A stretch of 63,178 bases of DNA, filler included, from Lenisia limosa (lineage: Eukaryota; Protista; Breviatea): the NCBI GenBank assembly GCA_001655205.1. It is 8 parts of 8 records of this genome, joined end to end, with 100 filler letters (N's around TTAATTAATTAA, not from the genome) between each part and the next. Parts side by side here need not be neighbours in the genome. Positions count along the whole stretch, not along the records: positions 17,442 to 27,346 come from LPNZ01010384.1; positions 27,447 to 32,058 come from LPNZ01005374.1; positions 32,159 to 34,114 come from LPNZ01000181.1; positions 34,215 to 35,863 come from LPNZ01007368.1; 4 more parts are not named here. The stretch is one strand, 5' to 3'. The notes beneath the pieces were generated by a model. That model saw only the letters and a program-made list of their open reading frames with translations. It did no database searches and was not told where the DNA came from. Position numbers and translations under genes: made by a program. Numbering within the stretch: the first letter of the stretch is position 1; each line of letters begins with the position of its first letter. Of the stretch, positions 24,701 to 35,963 are shown one piece after another.

Positions 24701-27046
24701 CTTGACCTTATACTTCAAGGTGCTTTCTGAGCCTGATACTACAGAGGCTCCTCCTAAACCATCTCTGACCTACTATGCAATTGGCTCATACAACGGCAAC
24801 GATACTGGTAAACTAAATGGCTTTTTTGATGCAAGACACTACGATAAATACAATTTTGAGATCACAATACTACCAAGGGATATCATAAAACATCGATGGC
24901 TTCTCTAACGAATACCCCACCCCTCTCGATCTCTCTTAAGCACAATTGGCGGTGATCTGGCTGAGGGAGCACCTATGTTTGCTGAAAGCTTATTCAATAA
25001 CGTTTTGTAATTATCCTTCTCCGGTTTTTTTGTGGTACCCAGATGCTTTGAAACACAAGTAATATGTACATACATCTCCAGTTCGGTGTTTTTAATCAGC
25101 AGAGAAGTTGGTTTATTCTCTGAAGGTTTCGTAATTAGATGAATGTCACTATTTCTAGATATTGCCTCACTACAGCTGTGGAAGGATGGTGTATTAGTTC
25201 CCTCCGCCGCCACCGACATCATCAGTCTCAATGACCAACTGTGGCACAAGGTTTGAAAAGAGGGATGTATGTTGGTGCAACATGGTGGGGATAAAATGTT
25301 TTTTTTATATACAAGTTTAACAATTCAGCCCAAAACACATGCTTTCATGCTTTGCTTATCACATTAGTTCGAACACCCCTTTGATTGGAGCCATTTTTCA
25401 AACGATACCTGGACTGACCTTCTATTGGAGCAAGCTGTGACTTGTCAAAATGTAAGCGGTGGATGGGGGTTTTCTTTAAAATAACAGCTGAAAATATTGA
25501 CTGTATTGTTTCCCACTATTCTCTCTTCCGAAATTCATGATATAACCCTGTATTTAATCCCTGACAAATAAGCCTATACCTGGAAGTGACCGTCTTTGGA
25601 TCACCGTGCATGTTGACGACTTTACTTTCGCTGGCAAAGCCTTGGTTAATTCCGACATTCCTGGTGGTTATGTCACAGCCTCCAATGGGGTGTCATTTTT
25701 CGCCCATTCTCAGGATCAGCGCTCTGGCGCATTGTGGGCGGCGATAGTCTGATAATTTGCAAATAGAATAATTGTAACTCTCTTTAGTTCTCACCGACAC
25801 TACCATGGTCAGCAATGTTCAATTGGCGCACAGTCATCAAAAGTGACTGTCAGGACTTCGGTTCCTCCGAAGAATCTTCTGGGTTCTTGGCAATTCTTTG
25901 GTTGGTGTAGCTTGAACTATCCGCTTCTGTCTGAGCATACATATAACACACCATGATATCATAGATTATATTGTCTAATATATTGATTTTTAGGACTTTC
26001 TCCAGCAATTGATGAAACAAGTTATGGACGCCTTATCCCATTTGAAACAGTTGAAAAGGTAGGTGGTAGCACATAGCACACATCAGTTTTCCTTCTTGTA
26101 CAGTATCTCTGCAATCCAAAAATTACCAAACTTATTAATGGGAATTAGTATCCACCCTGCAATCAAATGCTGAAATCATAAACACAAATTTCCAACACTT
26201 TTTATAATGCTACACAGGTTGACGCAAACATCCGCACAACAGCCCCGTCAGCAACCAGCCCGAGGCTCCCAACCAGTGTCAGTTCCATGGCCTTTGCTTT
26301 TGACAGCCTAATCAGTGGCTACGTCATTGCACTTTGGACTGGGCCAGCCGCTAGCTTTGCCGGCTGCCAGGGATGTGCGTTCCTGTCAGTTCGGAATTCC
26401 GGTGGCACCATAAGCATCACCACTCCTGACGGAAGCCTCGAGCATCCGGCGTCACCCGGAGTTTTCAGCCTCGGTTGTTCCGAGGGGCTTTTAGTGGTCC
26501 AAACGCCTTCTGCTATAGTCAACTTGACTGATAGTTTAGTATGTCCTCAGGTGTTCTTGGAAAAGCAAGTCAAACGGTAGGGTTTTGTAATATTAGGACT
26601 GAAAAACTCCGCTTTTTCTCCTAATTTTCTTGTAGCTTTTCTCTAGGTGCTGAACTCAATGAAGAGTGGAGCCCTGTGAGGTTTGCTAACCTGGTAACTT
26701 TTTACATAATATATTTCATTTTCATCAATGCAGATTTATTATACTTTTTTGAAGATCGATAAAATACAGCATTAATTTATCTACCACGCTGCAAAAAGAA
26801 TTCTAGATTATTTAATCAAACAAATAGTGTATTAATATCACACGTTCTGCAGTTTCATTGCCGTCTTTGCGGTGGAATTCCCTTCTCTGGTTCTTCTTCA
26901 AAGTGTGTTACCTCTTGATATTGTCAAAACCATCATGCCGCTTCCGACGTATAGGTTGGCTCTATTATGTCCATCAGCCAGTGTGTATTCCTTCTGTACT
27001 GGTTTTATCGCAACATTTTCAACTGCCCTTGTTCCATTATGATTAA
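18799..27046 (+). CDS. Large secreted protein: parallel beta-helix-like region with inserted LamG/ConA-like domain and a cadherin-like beta-sandwich
   Basis: Signal MIWWLVALACFHFATPLA. Exons VGNFTALQAALSAVETGDLVWIQ, GLTIIGP, NVHHCYIHDNTG, GLGYGVVIGRGRSKISYVVFDMNRHDIAAS, LDMHGEEDH (beta-helix-like). VTFHIWIKP...SWTHVAFRIRADGQANIWVDG...TFILGHDGASGFFNGMIDE (LamG, 22521-23015). LVFDPAVDEFTLDL...IEAFAIDT (cadherin-like). 3' end uncertain. Confidence 0.65.
19563..19660. mobile_element. hAT-like MITE (family 1)
   Basis: TAGAGCTTCACTTTGG...CCGAAAGTGAAGCTCTC; flanks AAATCAGA / AGATTAGA (6/8). Confidence 0.75.
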
Positions 27047-27462
27047 TTGATTAATAATATTGTCAAGAACAAGAAAACTTACAGTATGTTGAATGTGAAA
27101 TTCTGTAATCATACGATTAAATTCAATTTGCTTTTTTAGTATGATAGGCATTATGTACTTTTTACACATTTCTTTTCCTTGAAATCTTCAGTTCTTCATT
27201 TTTATTTGTTTTCTCGGACGTATCATGTCATTTTCCCAGTAATAAAGAACAATCTATATGTTACCGGCCAAAAACCCCGCCATTACATCATTTTCCCGCC
27301 ATTAAATCATTTCCCCGTCATTATTGCTTTTTTGGTGATTGTTTACNNNNNNNNNNNNNNNNNNNNNNNNNNNNNNNNNNNNNNNNNNNNTTAATTAATT
27401 AANNNNNNNNNNNNNNNNNNNNNNNNNNNNNNNNNNNNNNNNNNNNCCCCCCCCCCCCCAAC

Positions 27463-30119
27463 CAGAGCAGTATGGGAACTCCTTCTCAGTATTTAAGCCG
27501 CCCCATTGAATAACGCTCTCCATAGCCGAGTACATGTAACCGCCAAACATGCCGCAGTTATTTTTGTCACACTCCACTAGCTGCTCCACTGACAAAGGCG
27601 TGATGTTGGTGTTGTTGTGGGAAATAGCCCATGCGCTGACAAATGTGAGATCCCATCAGTCCCAAAAAAATACCCTTTTCAATAAATCCTCAATAAATGT
27701 CAATTTATCGATAATTCCTATATTCTCATATAAAATTCTTTTCAAAGTGATTAGATTTATGCATATCAATATTAAACAAATTCGATACAGAGAGCCATTA
27801 TAAATGAATGCCAATTCAGAAAAGCCTCGTACCTTTCGATTGTCTCGGACACACTATGGGCCCAGCAGGTACCAGCACTGCCTTGGTCTATGGGGGGGGG
27901 GGTAAAGCAAAACAAATCAAGCCCGGGCCAGTCNNNNNNNNNNNNNNNNNNNNNNNNNNNNNNNNNNNNNNNNNNNNNNNNNNNNNNNNNNNNNNNNNNN
28001 NNNNNNNNNNNNNNNNNNNNNNNNNNNNNNNNNNNNNNNNNNNNNNNNNNAGGTTATTGTTGGTCATCAGAGGCGATGTGAGAGGAGGAAAGTCGGGTGA
28101 TTTGTGGGTATTACCACGGAAATGGATTCATTTTGGCTCAAAAAGACCGATACAACATTACACCATTTACTTTCAATTGACTTTTTATATGAATGCTATA
28201 CGTAGAGATAAGAAATGGGTGTATCTTGCCTAAGCCGTCCACCCCATCACACTTAAAAGAGGTATAATATTCCATCCAATCACTGTGTGCCTCTTATTGG
28301 TTTATAAGTAATGATTCACACCGAAGGATGCTTGAATACAGCGTAATCAAAAATATTTCATGAGTTGGAATAAAGCCGTGCCTACTTCTTGGAGGGGACA
28401 CAAAACCTTGGTCACGCCTATAGAATAAGCATTGGGAGCAATGATCGGTTGTGACAAAATATCGATATTTTGACAGTCTTTTAGGGAAGCCCTTGTAGTG
28501 ACCAAGTAAATGAGATTTCGGAAAAGGAATCCATATTTACAACCTTATTAAACACCATTACTTTCATTGCACAGTTTAACATTCTATTAGATAAGAAGGA
28601 TATCCAGAATAGGAGAGTTTAGTGTTGAAATGTGAGATGCATATATTGTTAGAAGGCCGTTATTGGAAAGAATAAATCCGCAAGTGCTGATTTATCATTC
28701 AAAAAGGTAAAAAAAACAAAACAATGGCCTTCTAGTAGCAATAACTAGCTTCTTCACTTTAGTCCGATAAAAACCCAGATTTTTCGATAAATCCTCGAAA
28801 AATAAAGAAATTTGCCCAGTCTTTTCCGAACTGGGGTAAAACCCGCCCACCAGTCAAAGGAATCAGGAACCGAGGCAATATTCTGAAAGGGTTATTCCAG
28901 TCATTAGTTACAGTTTTAGGGCTTCCCTAAGGTCCTGAAAAAGACTGAATTTCTGTGTTAATGTGTCAATGATCATTATGTTTGGGTTCAGGAAACCATC
29001 CCCACCCCCCACCACCTTGGGTTCAGCTTGGTGGCTTTGACGGACAGCTGAGTGATCGCTAGATTTACAGGACGACAGAACCTTAGGAGTCAGTCCAAAT
29101 GGTAAAAATGCTACAGTAGGTTATAAAAATATGAAAGCACACACATAAACTCATAACATAATATCTTATTAATATATAAAAATATAAAAAATCCCACCAC
29201 CATGTGGAAATTCGAACCCACTTGATCCCTGAACTCCTGCGGGGTCATATCCGCAAATTGGTTAACTGCAAACTCAGTCACGCCGTCATGTTTGATGTTC
29301 ATTTCATTGATGAGCGCTAAGTTTTGCTAAACACATTAATTCAATTTGATTGAAAAGCTTACATACAACTAAAAGAAAAAAGGGACATTCAACTGTTTTG
29401 TAAATTGGACGAGAGAAATAGCTCTCACAATTGATAGGGTCCAGAAGTTACCTTGAACGTCTCAAATTTCGCCTGTACAGCGTCTTGGGCATAAACCTTG
29501 CCATATTCCTTAATAATGAGCAGAGTAAATCCAAATTCGAAAATAATCTGGAAGATTCGATCAAGTGCATCCATATCTATTAGTCAAGTGCACTTCATAT
29601 CTATTAGTCAAGTCCATCCATATTTATTAGTATGCTAATAGAATGCTAAATTGTGCAATGAAAATAATGGTGTTTAATGGTTGTAAATATGGATTCCTTT
29701 TCCGAAATCTCATTTATTAGTATAAGTATGATATAGTATATAGGAGACATCGTATGTTCATATAATTAGAATTACAGTGACTGGGATAAGTCTTGACCGA
29801 TTTACCATAAGATTTCCCAAGGAAAATTGGTCAAGACTTATCCCGGTCGAACAGTTAATCACAACAAGAAGAACATACTGAGAGTTTTTATCACCAAACC
29901 TCTTGGAAACTGTGAAAGTGGTCTTCCATCGTTTTCTAGAATGAGGTTAAGAGGGGCGGATGGGATTGTCGGAAAGCGGGATGATGCAGAGGAATGCAAT
30001 AAGGTACACAATGAAGGAGAGTTGCAACCCTGCGATACAATAGGATGCGTGCTTACAGTGGCAATGACACCTGAGAGCAGCGCCAGAATGGCCAGGAGAA
30101 CGCCAAAAAAAGATGTCAT
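27463..30119 (-). CDS. Papain-family (C1A) cysteine protease with I29 prodomain, 5' part (truncated at contig join)
   Basis: MTSFFGVLLAILALLSGVIAT / KTMEDHFHSFQE / EYGKVYAQDAVQAKFETFK / QNLALINEMNIKHDGVTEFAVNQFADMTPQEFRDQ / DQGSAGTCWAHSVSETIES (catalytic Cys) / AWAISHNNTNITPLSVEQLVECDKNNCGMFGGYMYSAMESVIQWGGLNTEKEFPYCS. Confidence 0.9.
28508..29715. repeat. ~82 bp inverted repeat pair (28508-28590 and 29635-29715)
   Basis: AAATGAGATTTCGGAAAAGGAATCCATATTTACAACC...CATTCTATTAG and its near-perfect reverse complement 1.05 kb away. Confidence 0.85.
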
Positions 30120-30188
30120 GACTTATCTCTTCTTTTAAAGCTTGATCTTTCTGATTTAAACCCAGTTTGTCAACCTCCTCTCTTTGTC

Positions 30189-32050
30189 TCAGCGTTTGCC
30201 AGAGCTCTTGTTGGCTCTTGCTTGCTCTTGTGCAAAAATGGCAACCCTGACCTGGCTCCTTTTCGGCTCGACCGCGGTCGGTCCAAAGGACCGTGAAACA
30301 CCCTCTTCAGGTTGGACCGGGGAAACAGGATATTGTAGAGAGTCAGACCTTCTAATTAGGTTGACAGGCTGTATGTGAACCACGTGTATGAAGTCACTTG
30401 TTTTGTACTTGTATGAAGGGACTATCACGGTATAGAGACCTCCAATGACTTGCCTAATAGGGAAGGTTTAATAGGTCTTTTGTTCAAGATTATTTACACC
30501 ATCACCGACCAACAGTTAAACAGTTGGTGGTGTTAAAATAAGGGTGTTAAAATATCTTCCGGTCCTCCAATGTGTCATTTCTTGAGTTCAAACGTACCAA
30601 GAGATTTCCATAATATTACCTTTACCAACTTCCCGCTGCATGTTGCTATTCCATCATCACTTGTCTCAATTTGGCATTCCAGCTCAATTGCCCTCACTCC
30701 ATTGAGTTCAGGACCTATGAAATTGGGAATCAGCAGTTGCCTTTGGCCATCAAATAGATAACTCTGTATTGTATTGTCTGACACATATTACTGCACCATG
30801 CTCTTGTTACCTCATCATTACTTGTAGTTGAAACAGAAGATGGAGCCCTCCATGTATGTACAAATAAAGTTGGCACTTGATAAAAGGAGGCGTATTGAAA
30901 ACGTTTCAATCAATATAATTGATTACGCCCACCATATATTATTAATTGTCTCAAAATAATTAGCAAAAAAGAAACTTTAATTAGGTTGAACCACTGAAGC
31001 TCTTTCACCAATGCCTCAACGGGTTTGAAGGATGAAATGATGAATTCACCAATATAATGAAGAACGCCACCCAAACTAATGAAGCCAACATAAAAGAACG
31101 TCAACCAACAACATAATGAACAATTCAACCAATTCAATAATGTCGCTAACAATGAATAATTCAGCTTGAGAGATATATTCTATAATTAGGAAAATCATAT
31201 GAGGCAAATCAATTCCAGAAGATTATCGTGGCGATAGAATCGAAACCATCCACTACGGTACATGGACTTGGGATTCCCTTGTAGTATTTGGCAATCCCAT
31301 AAAATTCCATGGGATTCCCATGTGATGTATGACAATTCCCGTTTTCATCCAAGTAGATTAGTAGGATGACCAAATCACCCGAGTATTTTGAATGTTACTA
31401 TTTACCGCACTCAACGACAGTTTAATATCAACATTTCAGTATGGCATGTCTTTTGTGTCAGTGTAAAGTCACACTTTCAGGATATCTCAGAATCACAGTC
31501 CAAGAAGAGAAGAACTGCCTATTAGTGCTTTTGGGGTGCACCAATCAATCAATCACTTTATGTATTTAATATTTCTTTATGCCGAGTAAATCATAGTATT
31601 CCATAATTTTAAATAAAATCATATTTAAATCAATCTCGATAATTCCACAAAATAATGCTACAGAACCTGTCTTTGGATCAGACATTAAGCTCTTAATATG
31701 AATGTGTGTAACTTGAATGTTTCTCAAATTGATACAAAACAAGCAAAATGACGCAGGAAGAGGTTTCCATTTGAAACCCTGCGGTCAGGTTCAAAAGCAG
31801 CGTCCCAGAATGTGAAGGGAAAGTATAAATAATAACATGGGGAAACAGAGAAATATGGTGAGACAAAATGAAAAACAAAGACCTGAAAGGAAGGAAAGAA
31901 AACACGAGGCTAGAACGACGCAACAAAGTCGTAAAAGATAGGGTCGGAAAGAGGCTCGTCACAAAGCAGGTCAGAGGAATCACTGAAACTGTAGGCGGGC
32001 GATGGTGGTGTTGGCGGCGCCGGCAGCGTAATGAACATGGATGCAATGTT
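30189..32050 (-). CDS. Probable multi-exon gene with a hydrophobic (TM-like) segment, unknown function
   Basis: Co-oriented exon-like ORFs: FWDAAFEPDRRVSNGNLFL, DENGNCHTSHGNPMEFYGIAKYYKG, hydrophobic CSLCCWLTFFYVGFISLGGVLHYI, SYLFDGQRQLLIPNFIGPELNGVRAIELECQIE, terminal ...RSQVRVAIFAQEQARANKSSGKR*. Confidence 0.4.
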
Positions 32051-32158
32051 CATCGTATNNNNNNNNNNNNNNNNNNNNNNNNNNNNNNNNNNNNNNNNNN
32101 NNTTAATTAATTAANNNNNNNNNNNNNNNNNNNNNNNNNNNNNNNNNNNNNNNNNNNN

Positions 32159-33069
32159 GCTGCTGTGTCTGTTGGATCTTCAGCAACTCGAGTTGGTGGA
32201 ACTGCTCATCCACCTTCGTCTCGAACTCAGCCTTTTCTAAGTTGGCTAAGTCCTCCTCGGCTGTGACTCCTCCAAGGGATTGCTAGAGGGTGATTATATA
32301 AGAGACATATGCATAACAGACAGAGAGAGTGAGAAATAATAAAATATATATATGTATATATAAAAATTCTCATAATAAAGAAATAAGAAAGAAGAAAGAA
32401 GAACGTGCCCTAACACCCACCTCCTCAAGTTCAAGCTTCTTCAGCTCCTCCTCTAGGTCTCTCATGGTGGTGGCAGCGCGGGGGGCTGGGGCAGTGAAAA
32501 GATGTATACTGTCCCATATCCATTTTCGAGTTGAAATTAGGTCCCAGTGGTAAAATGATAATATAAGTATCACTGTGACTTGCTGGTTAATTATCATTCG
32601 AGTAAAGATGAGTTCTCATTTCAAGAAAAGTGAAGAGAGAATATGAAACAATATTTCTCTATTGATGGGTCCCCATCCATTTGTACAACAAATAAATAGT
32701 ACTACAAAAACACAGCAAGTGAAATGAATGAAAAGCATATGCTACACAAGAGTAAACTACGTTAACGGTTAAAGGGAAGAAGGTCAAAAGAAAGGAGGAA
32801 TTCAGCGAGGTAACTAAAAGCAGGTTACTTCGGACCATTTACAAACTTCTATGCAACAATACAGTCCTAAACCAACCTGGCTCGTCGTCGCTCTCGCTAT
32901 CAGGCTCCGAAGGCTCGCTCAGATCGCTACTGTCCTCGCCTGAGTCTTCATCAGAAGATGGCATTGATGGAGGTGGAGGCGGCATCTCCTCTTCGTCGTC
33001 TTCAGGGGGTGGTGGTGGCATATCATCGTCTTCAGGAATGGGAGGAGGGGCATCATCAAAATCGGACAT
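32159..33069 (-). CDS. N-terminal fragment of an acidic, proline-rich, coiled-coil protein
   Basis: MSDFDDAPPPIPEDDDMPPPPPEDDEEEMPPPPPS...; MRDLEEELKKLELEEV; QSLGGVTAEEDLANLEKAEFETKVDEQFHQLELLKIQQTQQ, running into a contig join. Confidence 0.6.
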
Positions 33070-33277
33070 TGTGGGGCTTTTCGGCAAAATCAAGGAACTA
33101 TCTTTTTGAAAGTTAGCTATCAGTTTCTTTGTGCTAAAACAGGCCTGAAAATTAGCAAAGAAACAGGCTTAAAAAGTAGTTACGATTTTAGACCTTATTT
33201 AAATGAAAACAATTGTTTTCTCGTTTCAAGCTCGTGAACCACTTGTTTAGGTTATATTTATGTTCTAGTTACTAAAA

Positions 33278-34114
33278 ATGGACCGAACGTCCTCGGAAAG
33301 GGCCTCCCCGCCCCTTCGCCACCCAAACACTAATCAGGTCAGTGAAGCATGCTTTGCGTTTAACTCTCTGTTGCTCTTGACTGAATAATATAAATTATGA
33401 AGCCCACGTGAGACTTGCTCTATATATTGTCGACTCCCCCTCGAGCCGGGTAATACAATGTTTGGCTCTTTGATGATCATTCTGTGACTGATGTTGTTGT
33501 AACTTTCTTGTTATGTCGTATCTTCCTCTTTAAATCTAAAGTAAGGCAAAGTTTCTCTGAGGAATTTATTCATGTGTTTTCTAAATCTGTTATCTTTTTA
33601 CTAGTTTCTCTTATCTTATCCTATCTCGATACTCTCTTTTGGTGAATTGAGTAGAAAGAACGTGTTTTGAAATAGGAATAAGTTTCAGCTTTTTCAGTCA
33701 ATTTTTTTCTCTAATTTTTTGAAATTCATCTTGCTTTATACATGTATAATATTGGATTAATCTTTTAATTGCATTTGTATTGCAACAATTGATGTGTAAT
33801 CTTTGATGCAGGTGTAAAACGTCATTATTCAACATCCTCATGGATTATTAATACCTCTTGTAAATGTGATGGGGTGGAGTGCTTTAACTTGTTACATTAT
33901 ATGATGGGAAGACAGTTCCCAACTCCTCCCAATGGGACTCCCTCCCTCCTCCATGAATAATCCTAACAGTTACAAACCAAGAGATCCCATCACCCTCCAG
34001 ACCCCGGCAAGCTACACCTCCGCGCTGCTCCTCTCAAGTCGGCCCGGGACGTCAGGCCACCAGAGGGCGCCCTCCCCAGACCATCGCACGGGAAAGTTCG
34101 TTATAGAGCCGCCG
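33278..34114 (+). CDS. N-terminal fragment of a Ser/Pro-rich protein
   Basis: MDRTSSERASPPLRHPNTNQ|gtcag and ORF 33932-34114 (GLPPSSMNNPNSYKPRDPITLQTPAS...). Ends at a contig join. Confidence 0.45.
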
Positions 34115-34214
34115 NNNNNNNNNNNNNNNNNNNNNNNNNNNNNNNNNNNNNNNNNNNNTTAATTAATTAANNNNNNNNNNNNNNNNNNNNNNNNNNNNNN
34201 NNNNNNNNNNNNNN

Positions 34215-34252
34215 AAGGCGTGAAGTACTGGAAGATCGCTAACTCGTGGGGA
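34215..34252 (+). CDS. Isolated C1A cysteine protease C-terminal exon fragment
   Basis: Reads GVKYWKIANSWG followed by a GT donor (catalytic-Asn motif). It lies directly after a contig join; no downstream exon was found. Confidence 0.55.
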
Positions 34253-34710
34253 GGGTGGGTGTCTTTATGATACTCGCTGTTCATACTCAGCACAATACTC
34301 GGTTTTTGAAACTTGATTTTGAAAAGACTTTAATCTCGGTTTTCAACACTTGTTCTATTCAAAAGGCCACCATGTTTGTTACTGTGCCGCAGAGATATTT
34401 CTTTTTTTGTTAGTAAGATATGAGCGCGAACGCAGATTCCGAAAATAAAAGCGCAAAACTGAAATCAGCATCAAGGCTCATCAATAGGTTAGCTTCTAGT
34501 GTAATGTGTCCTCTGGCTTCACAACCCCAAGCCCTTGAACTTGTATCTCAAATCCAGTGGCATACAGTTCCGGGTTACTGTGATCGTGTTTACAGCAGTG
34601 AACCCTGGCTCACCACCGTAAATGATCCATCCTTCAATTCGTAAATTTATTTTAGTAGACCTCTTGTGAACTCATAAATTTGATGGTGTCGTCATCCTGG
34701 GCCTTGGGCC

Positions 34711-35400
34711 TTAGCCACTTTTTTACCACAGTTTTCAGCTTTTCAGCGAACATCTTCGGGCGCAGCATGGCAAACCTAAATACTCAAGATACCGCAGTAT
34801 GACAAAGCCAAATACTCAAGATACCGTAGCATTACAAACCAGAGTGTTTCAATAACTTCCTTCCCAGGAACAGCAGAGGAGAACAGACACAAACATGACC
34901 GTCGTCAACCAGGCTCACACCAGCCAGAACTCCACCCTTCTCTCATTCTTACATTTAAGCTACCGTCAAAGATAACACTGAAAATATTTGTCAAATGAGA
35001 TTCAGCAACTGCAGTTGGACCAAAGTTCCGTGAAGATCTTCTCAAAAGAGCACAGTTGCAGGGACGTCACACTCCATCAATCCAATATGTGGTTCTTCCT
35101 GACTGTCAATGATGTCTACAATATTGTCAAATCGGTATTTCTGTGATTATTTTAACAAATATTGCGAGGACATACCATTAAAGAAGCAAAGAGTTGCCTC
35201 AAAAAGCGCTCTAAAGCGCTACAAGGGGTGTAACTTGCACCAGATAGTTACATTACCATCTGAAAATGTAAAACTGATAATAGTTAACCAGTTAATAGAA
35301 GCAAAAAACCTTACCTTGGGGAAAGTCTCCGTTAGGAGGGATGCGCTTTTTGCATTTTGATGCGTCAGTAGCCCCAATGAAAACTTCTTTCGCAGACCGG
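34711..35400 (-). CDS. 3' portion of an unidentified multi-exon gene
   Basis: Spliced AGVSLVDDGHVCVCFSSAVPGKEVIETLW / FAMLRPKMFAEKLKTVVKSG*; upstream exon DASKCKKRIPPNGDFPQ|gtaag. Confidence 0.4.
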
Positions 35401-35963
35401 GAAAATGATTAGGACTCGGTGCAATTAATTAAACATTAATTGCACCACTTGAAGTGAAACATAGCATAGTAGCCAGAACGCTCTTTCAGACACTTTAGTT
35501 TCAAACTATGTCAATTCATTTCTTTATGAAATTTATCGGGTCAGTTTAAATCTTCTGTGGCACACTCTTTTTTGAAGACTTATGAGGAGCCTTTCTCACC
35601 AATTTCCTTATATTGTAGGTGGGGATCCTACTGGGGTGAAAAAGGCTTCTTCCGAATCAAAAGAGGTGTCAATGAGGTGGGGGGGGATGAGGAGGCCACC
35701 TTTTATTGCCGAAAAGATCATCATATCATTTTGTAGTATGCATTTGATCTTTCTTAATTCGTAATATATTTAGTGTGGTATTGAGTCTGAAGCAGCTACT
35801 GGCATCCCCCAAATTTAAAAGCTTTTGTTGTTTACTTTTCTTCTATGTTCTGTTTTTAGGATTNNNNNNNNNNNNNNNNNNNNNNNNNNNNNNNNNNNNN
35901 NNNNNNNTTAATTAATTAANNNNNNNNNNNNNNNNNNNNNNNNNNNNNNNNNNNNNNNNNNNN

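Noticed and set aside
30189-32050. Possible MYRF/NDT80-like membrane transcription factor
   Set aside because: Only a Pro-rich stretch and a TM-like segment; no NDT80 or S74 motif was recognisable.
6643-35919. TTAATTAATTAA palindromes as a biological motif
   Set aside because: Always centred within N-runs; a six-frame-stop scaffold linker.
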